Positions 55,801-64,000 of a stretch of 64,000 nt of DNA are shown here, in pieces. The first letter of the stretch is position 1. Each line of letters opens with the position of its first letter. The notes under the pieces were generated by a model. That model had not been told where the DNA came from and did not search any database. It saw only the letters and a list, made by a program, of their open reading frames with translations. The stretch lies in assembly GCA_003249955.1 (NCBI GenBank), contig QKHS01000054.1, positions 43,510 through 107,509 on the forward strand, in the 5' to 3' direction. Source of the stretch: Bacteroidales bacterium (GTDB taxonomy: Bacteria; Bacteroidota; Bacteroidia; Bacteroidales; ML635J-15). Position numbers and translations under genes: made by a program.

Positions 55801-57241
55801 TTCCGGCATAAGTAGGAGATCCGTCGCCAAAATCCCAGACAATATTGGAAATGTTTGTGGAGTTTGTCTGAAAATCAACTGTGGTTTGTGAGCATATTAA
55901 AGTGTCGTTAAATTCGTCAAATGCAGTGGGATCTCCGTCAATAACAATGTCAAAACTAACATTCAGAGGTTGAATGTTCGCTCCGGCAAGATAACCGTAT
56001 GATTCAACATTACCGAAACCGTAAACAGTTGCAAGAACACCTTCGTCTGAAGTTAATACATGAGTTCCCTGAGTAAGAGTCTTTCTGACATAAGAATAAG
56101 CTGTATTGCCCGGCACAGTAGCCCATCCGGTAAGTGCTGCTCCATCGAGTTGAGCTGCAGATGTAAACGGGGTTTCTGTTACAATGTTGGTATAAAACTG
56201 ATTAATTGCTGTTGTGTTAAACGCCTGAAATACAATGTAATCCAGAGTTTGTTCCACCGGCGACAGCATAATCATAAACGGGTCGGATGTAACTCCGTCA
56301 CAACTTGTTCCTTCGCTGTATTGAGCAACGGAAATAGGATTATTACCTTCAATAAACGAAGCAGGGGTGAGGGTTGTTTCATAAAACTGACCGGCATTAA
56401 GGTTTATAGCAGCTCCGCCGTTAATATTTACAGTTGTGCCGTCTTCGCTTGCTATTATCCTGTAAGTGTCGCCGACTCTGGTCATTAAAGGAACCGTAAT
56501 ATACTGTTTTCCCCATGCCTTTATAGGAATCATCTGCTCGTACAGGTGGTCGCAATATGTACAGCTAAGCGGAACATTTGCACATTTGTTTCCTGCAAAA
56601 ACCGCGAAATTGTTACAGTTTCCGCTGTCGGTGGCTGTTACTGAAGATCCTGTTAAATCTCCTGAGCTTTGTACCATATAAACTTCCCCCTGATTTAGCG
56701 TTATCGTGAACGGGACATTGGCAGCAACTCCTCCTGTAACGGCTGCTTTGGGAACTATTTCTATAGACGTATTGTTTGAAATCCCGACTACAACAAACAT
56801 AGAAGGCAGACTGCTGAAAGGAGAGTAACAGTTAACCAGATATGAGTCTCCCAGGGCTCCTGTTTGCATAACCAGAGTAGCATCTGATGAGGCATCTCTC
56901 TGGTTTGCTGCATAAACGGCAACCGGAGTTGATGATACAACTTTTACAGCTTTGTTCAATACGGTATTGCCTATATCAATTGCGGCATTTTGTGCAGCAG
57001 GAACTTCAACAAATACAGAGCCGTTTGCCGGAATTGAAAAATTCTGGGACCATCCTGTGCCTGGCATACTGGCAGTGCCTGTTGCCCCGACATCGGAAGT
57101 TATGTAAAGCTGTGTGTTTTCAGGATCGTCAAAGTTTTGCATGTAAGATAACCAGAATTCCGTACCGGTGGTGCTTATCTGGGAATAAAGCACAGTATTG
57201 CACAAAAATGCAAAGAGAACGTAGATGTATATTTTCTTCAT
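52859..57241 (-). CDS. 1460-aa cell-surface protein: IgGFc-binding-N-like domain, PKD domains, about 9 SprB-type repeats, and a T9SS type-B (gliding-motility CHU_C) sorting domain
   Basis: N-terminal TGTEFWLSYMQNF. Repeated C.G..(D/N)G.......GGT.PY...W modules. FGDGS PKD signatures. The C-terminus reads IYAPTAFTPNYDDLNEEFKV...YSRWGERVF...GWNGRYN... Confidence 0.85.
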   Translation of the reverse strand: MKKIYIYVLFAFLCNTVLYSQISTTGTEFWLSYMQNFDDPENTQLYITSDVGATGTASMPGTGWSQNFSIPANGSVFVEVPAAQNAAIDIGNTVLNKAVKVVSSTPVAVYAANQRDASSDATLVMQTGALGDSYLVNCYSPFSSLPSMFVVVGISNNTSIEIVPKAAVTGGVAANVPFTITLNQGEVYMVQSSGDLTGSSVTATDSGNCNNFAVFAGNKCANVPLSCTYCDHLYEQMIPIKAWGKQYITVPLMTRVGDTYRIIASEDGTTVNINGGAAINLNAGQFYETTLTPASFIEGNNPISVAQYSEGTSCDGVTSDPFMIMLSPVEQTLDYIVFQAFNTTAINQFYTNIVTETPFTSAAQLDGAALTGWATVPGNTAYSYVRKTLTQGTHVLTSDEGVLATVYGFGNVESYGYLAGANIQPLNVSFDIVIDGDPTAFDEFNDTLICSQTTVDFQTNSTNISNIVWDFGDGSPTYAGNPALNHTFPNSGEYTVTMSFMRDGSCVEESLQLVVPVNSSLPPITDLPDSVVCNGAPYTVNLNIPDVTYHWQDNSTSSSYTFSSTGDYSVTITDLIGCSVSESCHIDFVNISVNATTQDISCNGTADGSVTANPVGGTTPYVFAWSTTPVETTQTISDLGPGNYSVTVTESLGCTASTTASVDVPPSLNTHISNVQDISCFGFDDGQATVSANGGTSPYTIAWDPSGISGFSPTGLAPGLYGFTITDDHGCFGSDSFTINEPPVFSVSSTLQNVSCHGENSGQITTSVSGGTTPYQYLWSNSMMVPDLYNIPAGSYIITVTDFNNCTISDTYVITEPDELITVVNPVNVACYGQNTGQVILNITGGTFPFDYEWNNGDSDQSLTDIFYGTYIVTVTDANGCSSFAYAQITQPQFPLHGEITGTDIRCFGETNGVADLNVNGGTIPYYFNWSNGEISEDIYNLTPGIYMVTITDSNNCITADTIQILQPTAPLSGMISGTQVTCNGGDNGNIYVNIAGGRPPYEFVWNTGSWQQNLIGVTAGSYSVTATDQSGCHYEMEYEVTQPDPFYIQPMDNPVICYGMTAEIGVGIISGSVPPYTILWSNDDNGMTTLVSPEETTVYSAHIVDLANCISEDIDVTVYVNDPLSLEVSADTYSVCPDTRLAFDVNFSGGGITGNTVIVNDSVMTIPVELDIYTDTVFYFSVWDACHFDSVMVAVPVEAYPLPPVDVVADKYSGCVPLTVQFNEISPDLGQRYVWNFDDGDFENLSFDKNPLHTFYNPRSYHVYLEVTSVNGCKNDTTIGITAFPVPDANFNSSSTSVSSSFPIVYFTNYSEGGFWYHWDFGDGSMGTEENPAHTFTMPGVYRVILNTTSLYGCYDTAYVDIKVNSELTIYAPTAFTPNYDDLNEEFKVIIANFDPETYNLQIYSRWGERVFDSEDYEEGWNGRYNEMECNPGEYSWVVTFTDLYGNTYTKAGYFTLIK

Positions 57242-57698
57242 AATCAGCAGACAACGATTATTTCAAACAAATTTACTATTTTTTTTAAAAACAAAGGTGT
57301 TTTTATAAATTATTAGCAGCTTTGCCGGGTAAATTGCTAATCATGTAAAAATATTAATGGCTTTATCCCGGCTTTTTTAACTAATATTCTCTATCATGAC
57401 GCAGAAATACATTAATGGTTTGCTGTAAAAGGAAAGTTTTTTGAGATATATGTTAATCCTGGAAATATTGTGTTTTTACCGGATCGTACCGGTAAGAAAA
57501 TGCTATGTTCTGTTTTTTTTGCTCATTAAATTAAACTATATTGAATTACGATTAATTTAATTGCAGGCAGTTTTATGTATATCTTAACCGGTATCAATTA
57601 TCTGCACCGGAACAGGGTTAAAAAAAACTCAGAAATTTCTTTTATGGTAATTTAAAATACTTATATTTACGCACTTAATTTTCGTAAAACCCTGAGAA

Positions 57699-60600
57699 AT
57701 GATTGCAAATTTTGATGCTGTAATATTCGACCTTGACGGAGTTATCACTGATACTGCTTCGGTTCATTGTGTTGCGTGGAAACAGACTTTTGACGGAGTT
57801 CTCAAATTCCACAGCAAGAGCAATAATGTTGAGTATGTTCCTTTCGATATTGAAAAGGATTATCTTGCATATGTTGACGGAAAACCACGTTATGACGGAG
57901 TTCAGTCATTTTTTGAATCAAGGGGAATAGATTTTCCTTACGGCGAAGCAACTGACGACGGTAATCAGTTTACTATCTGCGGAATAGGAAACCGTAAAAA
58001 TGAATATTTTAACGAACTTTTGCGTGAAAAGGGAGCTCATGTTTTTGAATCCACAGTTGACTTTATTAAAATTCTTATTGAAAATGATATAAAAGTTGGT
58101 GTGGCTTCTTCGAGTAAAAACTGTATGCCGATTCTTAAAAAGGCAGGTATAGACAATTTATTCCAGGTATGTATAGACGGACTTGTTTCGGAAGAGAAAA
58201 AGCTTAAGGGTAAACCATCTCCTGATATTTTTACCACTGCATGTGATATTCTTGATGTTCAGTATCACCGGGCTGTTGTTGTTGAAGATGCCGTTAGTGG
58301 GGTTGCAGCAGGTAAAGCAGGCAATTTCGGTCTTGTAATCGGGATAGCACGGCACGACAACCATGCAGAATTAAAACTGAACGGGGCGGATATAGTGGTG
58401 TCTGATATGGAAGATATTAATCCGGAAACTGTTTCTACATGGTTTGAAGTTGGAATAATAGAAGACTCATGGTGCCTGAAATATTCTGATTTTAATCCTG
58501 AAAATGAAAAAAGCAGAGAGTCGCTTATGACTGTCGGAAACGGTTTTTTTGCTTCGCGTGGCTGTTTCTGCGAAGAAAAAGCTTCTGACGTTCATTATCC
58601 CGGGACTTATATGACCGGAGTATATAATAAACTGGCCTCTGAAATTCAGGGCAAAACTGTATATAACGAAGATCTTGTAAATTGTCCTAACTGGCTTTTT
58701 ACAACTTTCAGGGTTGATGACGACAAATGGCTGGATTCAACAACTTGCAGAATTATTGATATTGAAAGAACACTGGATTTTAAAAAAGGCCTTTTGTCGG
58801 GTTGGGCACTTGTTGAAGATTATAAGGGACGTCAGACAATGATTGAGTCTGTACGTTGCATCAGCATGGCAGACAAAAATCTGGCAGGACTCGAATACAG
58901 TGTTACTCCTGTAAACTATTCCGGTAAAATAACTGTTAAAACCGGGCTGGATGCAGATATAATTAACAGAGGTGTTGATCGTTACAGAGATTTGAATCAG
59001 AAACACCTTACAAAAGCCAGAACTTCTTTTAACGAAAATATAATTAAGCTTGATGTAGCAACAACTCAGTCAGATATTAATATTTCCGTAGCTGCGGTTG
59101 TTAATGCCAATCTTCAGGAGGCCGTAAAGAATATTATTGAAAAAGATTCTGCAATTGAAATTGAGTTTTCATGCAATGTTGAAGAAAATCAGGAATTTGT
59201 AATATATAAAAATGTTGTTTACTCAAACTCAACTGATAAATCAGAATTTGATGCAGAGAAAAAACTAAGGGAAAACAATCATTTCAGCAATCTTGTTGCA
59301 GCTTCCGTTGCAGAATGGACTAAGTTGTGGAATAAAGCAGATATAGAAATTGAAGGGGACAGATTAGCCCAAAAGCTTACCAGATTACATATTTATCACC
59401 TGCTGGTATCGGCATCACCTTACACTGCTGAATTTGATGTAAGCATAGGAGCAAGGGGCTTACACGGAGAAGCATACCGCGGACATATTTTCTGGGATGA
59501 GCTTTATATTTTCCCGTTTTATAATATTCACTTTCCGGAGATTACGAGATCTATGCTGATGTACCGTTACAACAGGCTTGATGCTGCCAGAAAGTATGCA
59601 GCCGAAAACGGTTTTAAAGGAGCTATGTTTCCATGGCAAAGCGGAAGTTCAGGAGAGGAGGAAACTCAGGAAATACATCTTAATCCCGAGTCAGGCAAAT
59701 GGGGCCCCGACTACAGCCGTAATCAGCGACATGTTTCGCTGGCTGTTGCCCTTAATATAATCAGGTATTATCAGGCCACAGATGACAGGGATTTCTTACA
59801 GGATTTCGGTTTTGAAATTTTAACCGAAATTTGTCGCTTCTTCGTTTCGGCATGTAAGTATTCGGCAAGAGATTTTCGCTATCACACCGAAAATATGATG
59901 GGGCCTGATGAATTTCACGAAAAATCACCGGGACAGGGCGAAAAAGGCGGACTTCGCGATAATGCCTACACCAATATAATGCTTGCCTGGTTGTTGCGTC
60001 AGACAATGAATATTTATTTTAAACAAAATCTTCTTATTCAGAATTCCAAAGTAGTTCCTGATAACAAAGAAATTGCAAAATGGAACGAGATAAGCGAAAA
60101 TCTGGCAATAACAATAAATGAAGATGGAATAATCGAACAATTCGACGGATATTTCGGGCTTAAGGAACTTGACTGGGTTGCTTATAAAAAGAAATATGGT
60201 AACATTTACCGTCTCGACAGAATTTTAAAAGCAGAAGGCCTTAATCCAGACGATTACAAACTGTCGAAGCAAGCTGATACGCTAATGGCTTTTTATAACC
60301 TTTCTGATAAAGAAATAAATGAAACTATTGCCGGACTTGGTTATGAACTGCAAAGTGATTATAAAACAAAGAATTTCTATTATTACGTAAGCCGCACTTC
60401 ACACGGGAGCAGCCTTAGCCGGGTTGTTCACGCGTATCTTGCTTACAAATGGGATCTTAAAGATATTGCAGATAATATTTTCCGTGAAGCACTCGTAAGT
60501 GATTACAGTGACATTCAGGGAGGAACAACTGCCGAAGGCATTCATGCCGGTGTTATGGCAGCAACGGTTATGCATATTCTTAACACTTATGCCGGAATAG

Positions 60601-60809
60601 ATTTTCGTGATAAAGTGCTGAGCATCTCTCCTGATATGCCTGCATGCTGGCATCGTTGCAGGTTTAACTTCAATTTCCGTAACATTCATTATAAAATGAT
60701 TATTAATCACGACTCATTTAATCTTAAAACAGATAATGATGTTGGCCTGAGAATTTTTAATTCTCCCTGCGTTATAGAAAAAGATGAGTGGTGGAATATA
60801 GACGGGTAA
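57699..60809 (+). CDS. Fusion protein: beta-phosphoglucomutase-like HAD domain + glycoside hydrolase family 65 (maltose/kojibiose/trehalose-type phosphorylase)
   Basis: The N-terminus has AVIFDLDGVITDT, KGKPSPDIF and VVVEDAVSGVAAGKAGN. The GH65 core has GARGLHGEAYRGHIFWD, MFPWQSGSSGEE and MMGPDEFHE...DNAYTNIM (catalytic Glu context). Confidence 0.85.
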   Translation: MIANFDAVIFDLDGVITDTASVHCVAWKQTFDGVLKFHSKSNNVEYVPFDIEKDYLAYVDGKPRYDGVQSFFESRGIDFPYGEATDDGNQFTICGIGNRKNEYFNELLREKGAHVFESTVDFIKILIENDIKVGVASSSKNCMPILKKAGIDNLFQVCIDGLVSEEKKLKGKPSPDIFTTACDILDVQYHRAVVVEDAVSGVAAGKAGNFGLVIGIARHDNHAELKLNGADIVVSDMEDINPETVSTWFEVGIIEDSWCLKYSDFNPENEKSRESLMTVGNGFFASRGCFCEEKASDVHYPGTYMTGVYNKLASEIQGKTVYNEDLVNCPNWLFTTFRVDDDKWLDSTTCRIIDIERTLDFKKGLLSGWALVEDYKGRQTMIESVRCISMADKNLAGLEYSVTPVNYSGKITVKTGLDADIINRGVDRYRDLNQKHLTKARTSFNENIIKLDVATTQSDINISVAAVVNANLQEAVKNIIEKDSAIEIEFSCNVEENQEFVIYKNVVYSNSTDKSEFDAEKKLRENNHFSNLVAASVAEWTKLWNKADIEIEGDRLAQKLTRLHIYHLLVSASPYTAEFDVSIGARGLHGEAYRGHIFWDELYIFPFYNIHFPEITRSMLMYRYNRLDAARKYAAENGFKGAMFPWQSGSSGEEETQEIHLNPESGKWGPDYSRNQRHVSLAVALNIIRYYQATDDRDFLQDFGFEILTEICRFFVSACKYSARDFRYHTENMMGPDEFHEKSPGQGEKGGLRDNAYTNIMLAWLLRQTMNIYFKQNLLIQNSKVVPDNKEIAKWNEISENLAITINEDGIIEQFDGYFGLKELDWVAYKKKYGNIYRLDRILKAEGLNPDDYKLSKQADTLMAFYNLSDKEINETIAGLGYELQSDYKTKNFYYYVSRTSHGSSLSRVVHAYLAYKWDLKDIADNIFREALVSDYSDIQGGTTAEGIHAGVMAATVMHILNTYAGIDFRDKVLSISPDMPACWHRCRFNFNFRNIHYKMIINHDSFNLKTDNDVGLRIFNSPCVIEKDEWWNIDG

Positions 60810-60865
60810 TAAGAAAACCATAATTAAGATAATATCCGTTACTGTACGGCTAAATCATATCTTAT

Positions 60866-60893
60866 TTACAGATTTTGATTCTGTAATCTGTAA
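60866..60893. terminator. GATTAC-family hairpin downstream of the GH65 gene
   Basis: ttacagatt-ttgattctgt-aatctgtaa, a 9-bp perfect stem 57 nt after the stop at 60809. There is no strong T-run, so a terminator function is uncertain. Confidence 0.3.
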
Positions 60894-61428
60894 TCCGTTT
60901 TCCCGGAATAAAAATGATTTCATAAAAATTCCCGCTCCATCAGATGAAGCAGGAACTGAAAAAAAACTACTTAAATATTAAACTATTTACTACACTTAGT
61001 TTAATAAATCTTTCGCGGAATTTATTAAAATGCCGCCTGTCAAATATCTATATTCACTTTAAAGCCATTTTAAATTTAAAATAACTTTAGAGAAATTACA
61101 TAAATTTTTTACTTCTTCAATGTCGGTATATAACAATAAAACGCAGAGAATTTAAAGACAAATTCACTGATAAAATTATTATATTATTCAACAATACAAC
61201 AGCAAGTCAAATATCGTAATTTTTTTTGAAACAACAGCAAATTCTATCAGTTTTTTATATTGTAAAACCTAAAATAATACAACATATTAAATCACTGTAT
61301 TTAAAACCCGGAAATAAAATACCAAGGAGTATATTTTTTGATTAAAAGTAATTTTTATCCGATAGTAAGATATTTTTATTGGTAAGAATTGGGAAAATTG
61401 CTTTAAATTTAGTATATTCGCTTTTTAA

Positions 61429-62079
61429 ATGTTATGTATTATGTTGGGTGATGTTTTATTAATTACGGAAAAACACAGGAATGCGGCTTCTGTTATTGAA
61501 GACGAAATACTGAAGATAGGGAAGGATAAAATTGTTGTATGCATTTCCGGGGAGTCCGGTTCGGGGAAGTCTGAACTTTCGCATTGTATAGGGAAGGATC
61601 TGGTTAAAATACATAAGATTCCGGCAAAAATTCTTCACTCGGACAATTATTATAAAGTTCACCCACATATAAGGAATCAATGGAGAGTAGAAAACGGAAT
61701 AGATAAAGTAGGGCTTGGGGAACTTGACTGGGAAACATTGAACCGCAATGTTGACGATTTTCTGAACAGCCGCATTTCCAAAATGCCATGTATAGATTTG
61801 GTTCCCGACGATATTGATGAACTTATTACCGATTTCTCGAAGATTAAAGTGCTGATTGTTGACGGGTTATACGCTGTAAATGCCGAAAAATCGGATCTTA
61901 ATATTTATATAGACCTTACATACCATGAGACAAAAAAAGCTCAGGCCAGTCGCGGAAAAGAAAATTCTGATGAACTAAGATGGAAAATACTTGAACAGGA
62001 ACATCAGGCTGTGTTGTCGCTAAGGTCAAAAACAGACATATTTGTAAACAAAGACTATTCTGTAACATGTGTAAAATAA
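61429..62079 (+). CDS. Uridine kinase/phosphoribulokinase (PRK)-family P-loop kinase
   Basis: The P-loop is ISGESGSGKS, followed by HSDNYYK and VLIVDGLYA. The start is uncertain (61429 or 61441). Confidence 0.6.
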   Translation: MLCIMLGDVLLITEKHRNAASVIEDEILKIGKDKIVVCISGESGSGKSELSHCIGKDLVKIHKIPAKILHSDNYYKVHPHIRNQWRVENGIDKVGLGELDWETLNRNVDDFLNSRISKMPCIDLVPDDIDELITDFSKIKVLIVDGLYAVNAEKSDLNIYIDLTYHETKKAQASRGKENSDELRWKILEQEHQAVLSLRSKTDIFVNKDYSVTCVK

Positions 62080-64000
62080 AGCACTGGTTAATACTAACTC
62101 TGCTGGTTGCAGTTTTATCAGGATGTCAGGATAAAAGCAGTATAAGCTTTAATCCTGAATCGGACCCTGTTACAGGTATAGCTTCGGTAGTAATTCTTAA
62201 ACCGGATACAAATATGGTTTATCTGGAAGATTATATTACAGATTTTTCGGCAATAGATTCGGTTTATTACGAAGATAAAAACTATGTTTTTGACCGTGAT
62301 GCTAAAACACTTGAAATTTTAACTCCTTTTCAGGAGATATCGCCATTATCACAGATTTTAATAAGTTGCGGATCAGACCTTTATACTATAGTTTGCAGAA
62401 AAAGTCCGAAACTTAAAACGGATGTATTATTTAAACCAGTTGCCGGGAAAAATTATTCCTCAGTAAGCATAGCAGGAGATTTTAACGGATGGAGCCCCGG
62501 AAAAGACACTCTTATACAGGAAGGAAACAATTGGAAGATTTCTCTCAATCTTGATCAGGGTTTATACCAGTATCAGATAGTTGCAGACGGAGTATGGATG
62601 AACAATCCTTCTGCCGGCGATACCGTTTCAAACGGGATAGGAGGGTATAACACATTATTGAATGCCGCTGCCAACATTGATGCAGATAAGCTTAGTCTTG
62701 AGACATTAAGTTTTGACGATAATTCTATTGTAATAGGAGCATCAGAAGTTCCGGACAGAATGTTTATACTATGGCAAAACCAGATATTGCCAATTGATCT
62801 TAAAAACTTTAAATCAAACGCGTACAAATTTGATATTCCTGAAGAAGCTGCCGCTTATAAACGTAGCTATATCAGGGTTTATGCCTGTAAATCCGGTTAT
62901 GTTGCAAACGATCTGCTGATACCTCTCAACGACGGAAAAGTGTTGTATAATACTTCAGATATAACACGTGAAGATAAGTTCTCCAACATAATGTATTTTG
63001 TGCTTGCGGATCGCTTTTTTGACGGGAACAAAAATAATAATTTTAAAATAAACGATTCCCGTGTGGCGGATAAAGCCAATTATCAGGGAGGTGACCTGTA
63101 CGGGGTTTTGCAGAAGTTGCAGGAAGGTTATTTTGAAAAACTGGGAATTACCTGTTTGTGGATATCACCTGTTTTCAGAAACCCGGATGAGGCATATCAG
63201 GAATTTCCGGAGCCCAAACGGTATTATTCAGGTTATCACGGTTACTGGCCCGTTTCTTCCACGGAAATTGATTACAGGCTTGGCAACGACAGTGTGTTTA
63301 AGGCTTTGGTAAACAAAGCACACGATAAGAACATGAATGTAATTCTTGATTTTGTTGCAAATCATGTTCATGAAAAACATCCTTTGTATCAGGCACATAA
63401 AGATTGGGCGACTCCGCTTATGCTTCCTGACGGAAGACAAAATATCAGGCTATGGGATGAATGTCGTCTTACAACCTGGTTCGATACTTTTTTACCTTCA
63501 TGGGATTTTGAAAATCCTGAGGTTTCGGATACGGTCTCTCAATATGCAATATACTGGCTTGCCAGATTCGGCATAGACGGATTCAGGCACGATGCAACCA
63601 AACATATCCCCGAGGCTTTCTGGAGATTGCTTACAAAAAAGATAAAAACAGATTTCCCCGGCAAAAGTATTTATCAGATAGGAGAAACCTTTGGTAACAG
63701 GGAATTAATAGCCGGATATGTAGGTTCCGGGATGATGGACGGGCAGTTCGATTTTAATCTGTATTTTGATGCCCGTAATAGTTTTGCAGGATCAGACAGC
63801 GAAATGAAAAATACGGCACTTTCGCTTATGACTTCACTTGGTTATTACGGAAGTTTCCATCTTATGGGAAACATTACAGGTAATCACGATTTAATCAGAT
63901 TTATAAGTTTTGCAGACGGATCTGTTCTTCCCGGAGAAGATGATAAAGAAGCCGGTTGGAAAAGAGATATCGAAGTTGAGAATTTGTCATCATATAAAAA
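62067..64000 (+). CDS. Lipoprotein alpha-amylase family (GH13) enzyme with an N-terminal CBM48/E-set-like domain. The 3' end runs off the window.
   Basis: This ORF is absent from the ORF track because no stop codon lies inside the window. My own translation from the ATG at 62067 gives MCKIKHWLILTLLVAVLSGCQD (lipobox), SIAGDFNGWSP, and GH13 regions I-IV: DFVANH, GFRHDATKH, QIGETFG and GNHD. The start overlaps the upstream stop by 13 nt. Confidence 0.85.
   Translation, partial: MCKIKHWLILTLLVAVLSGCQDKSSISFNPESDPVTGIASVVILKPDTNMVYLEDYITDFSAIDSVYYEDKNYVFDRDAKTLEILTPFQEISPLSQILISCGSDLYTIVCRKSPKLKTDVLFKPVAGKNYSSVSIAGDFNGWSPGKDTLIQEGNNWKISLNLDQGLYQYQIVADGVWMNNPSAGDTVSNGIGGYNTLLNAAANIDADKLSLETLSFDDNSIVIGASEVPDRMFILWQNQILPIDLKNFKSNAYKFDIPEEAAAYKRSYIRVYACKSGYVANDLLIPLNDGKVLYNTSDITREDKFSNIMYFVLADRFFDGNKNNNFKINDSRVADKANYQGGDLYGVLQKLQEGYFEKLGITCLWISPVFRNPDEAYQEFPEPKRYYSGYHGYWPVSSTEIDYRLGNDSVFKALVNKAHDKNMNVILDFVANHVHEKHPLYQAHKDWATPLMLPDGRQNIRLWDECRLTTWFDTFLPSWDFENPEVSDTVSQYAIYWLARFGIDGFRHDATKHIPEAFWRLLTKKIKTDFPGKSIYQIGETFGNRELIAGYVGSGMMDGQFDFNLYFDARNSFAGSDSEMKNTALSLMTSLGYYGSFHLMGNITGNHDLIRFISFADGSVLPGEDDKEAGWKRDIEVENLSSYK

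Noticed and set aside
53371-57243. Plus-strand ORFs antisense to the adhesin gene (53371, 56060, 56466, 56887), and similar antisense ORFs inside other long genes (for example 45014-47767 and 58037-60710)
   Set aside because: They are shadow ORFs opposite long, motif-rich genes. Their composition is low-complexity and they show no independent signals.
63470-63490. tRNA-like ggttcgatac T-arm-like string
   Set aside because: It lies inside the GH13 coding frame and has no acceptor or anticodon stem context. No tRNA is called anywhere in the window.

Overview
Low-GC Bacteroidota-type chromosomal segment, identified by TAnnTTTG -7 promoter boxes, T9SS type-A and type-B sorting domains, SprB-repeat and FISUMP surface proteins, and many lipoproteins. 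I call about 52 CDS, only 5 on the minus strand, plus 3 pseudogene fragments. I recognised no rRNA, tRNA, CRISPR, integrase or transposase. Housekeeping genes include nudC-ybaK-yaaA (minus strand), rlmF, and ribB behind a clear FMN riboswitch. A glycan block at the right end holds a beta-PGM::GH65 phosphorylase fusion, a PRK-family kinase and a GH13 amylase that runs off the window. The accessory content is paralog-rich: two AAA+/PD-ExK ATPases, two polytopic membrane proteins, two lipoproteins and two FISUMP proteins. Three things stand out. (1) Two ORF-free tandem arrays (25726-27190 with 12 units; 51890-52804 with 9 units) consist of same-orientation imperfect hairpins built from 8-nt periodic arms. 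They are interleaved with a second element that can form two mutually exclusive hairpins, and I cannot assign either to a known repeat or RNA family. (2) An AT-rich three-gene nuclease island (38744-41986) encodes a DUF262 protein, an overlapping HEPN protein and a DUF4365 fusion; it looks like a defence locus. (3) Several small dispersed intergenic elements (GGAAG-rich, GATTAC-rich) and a decaying triplication of a zinc-ribbon minigene. All functional calls come from motif recognition by eye on the supplied translations. No database search was run.
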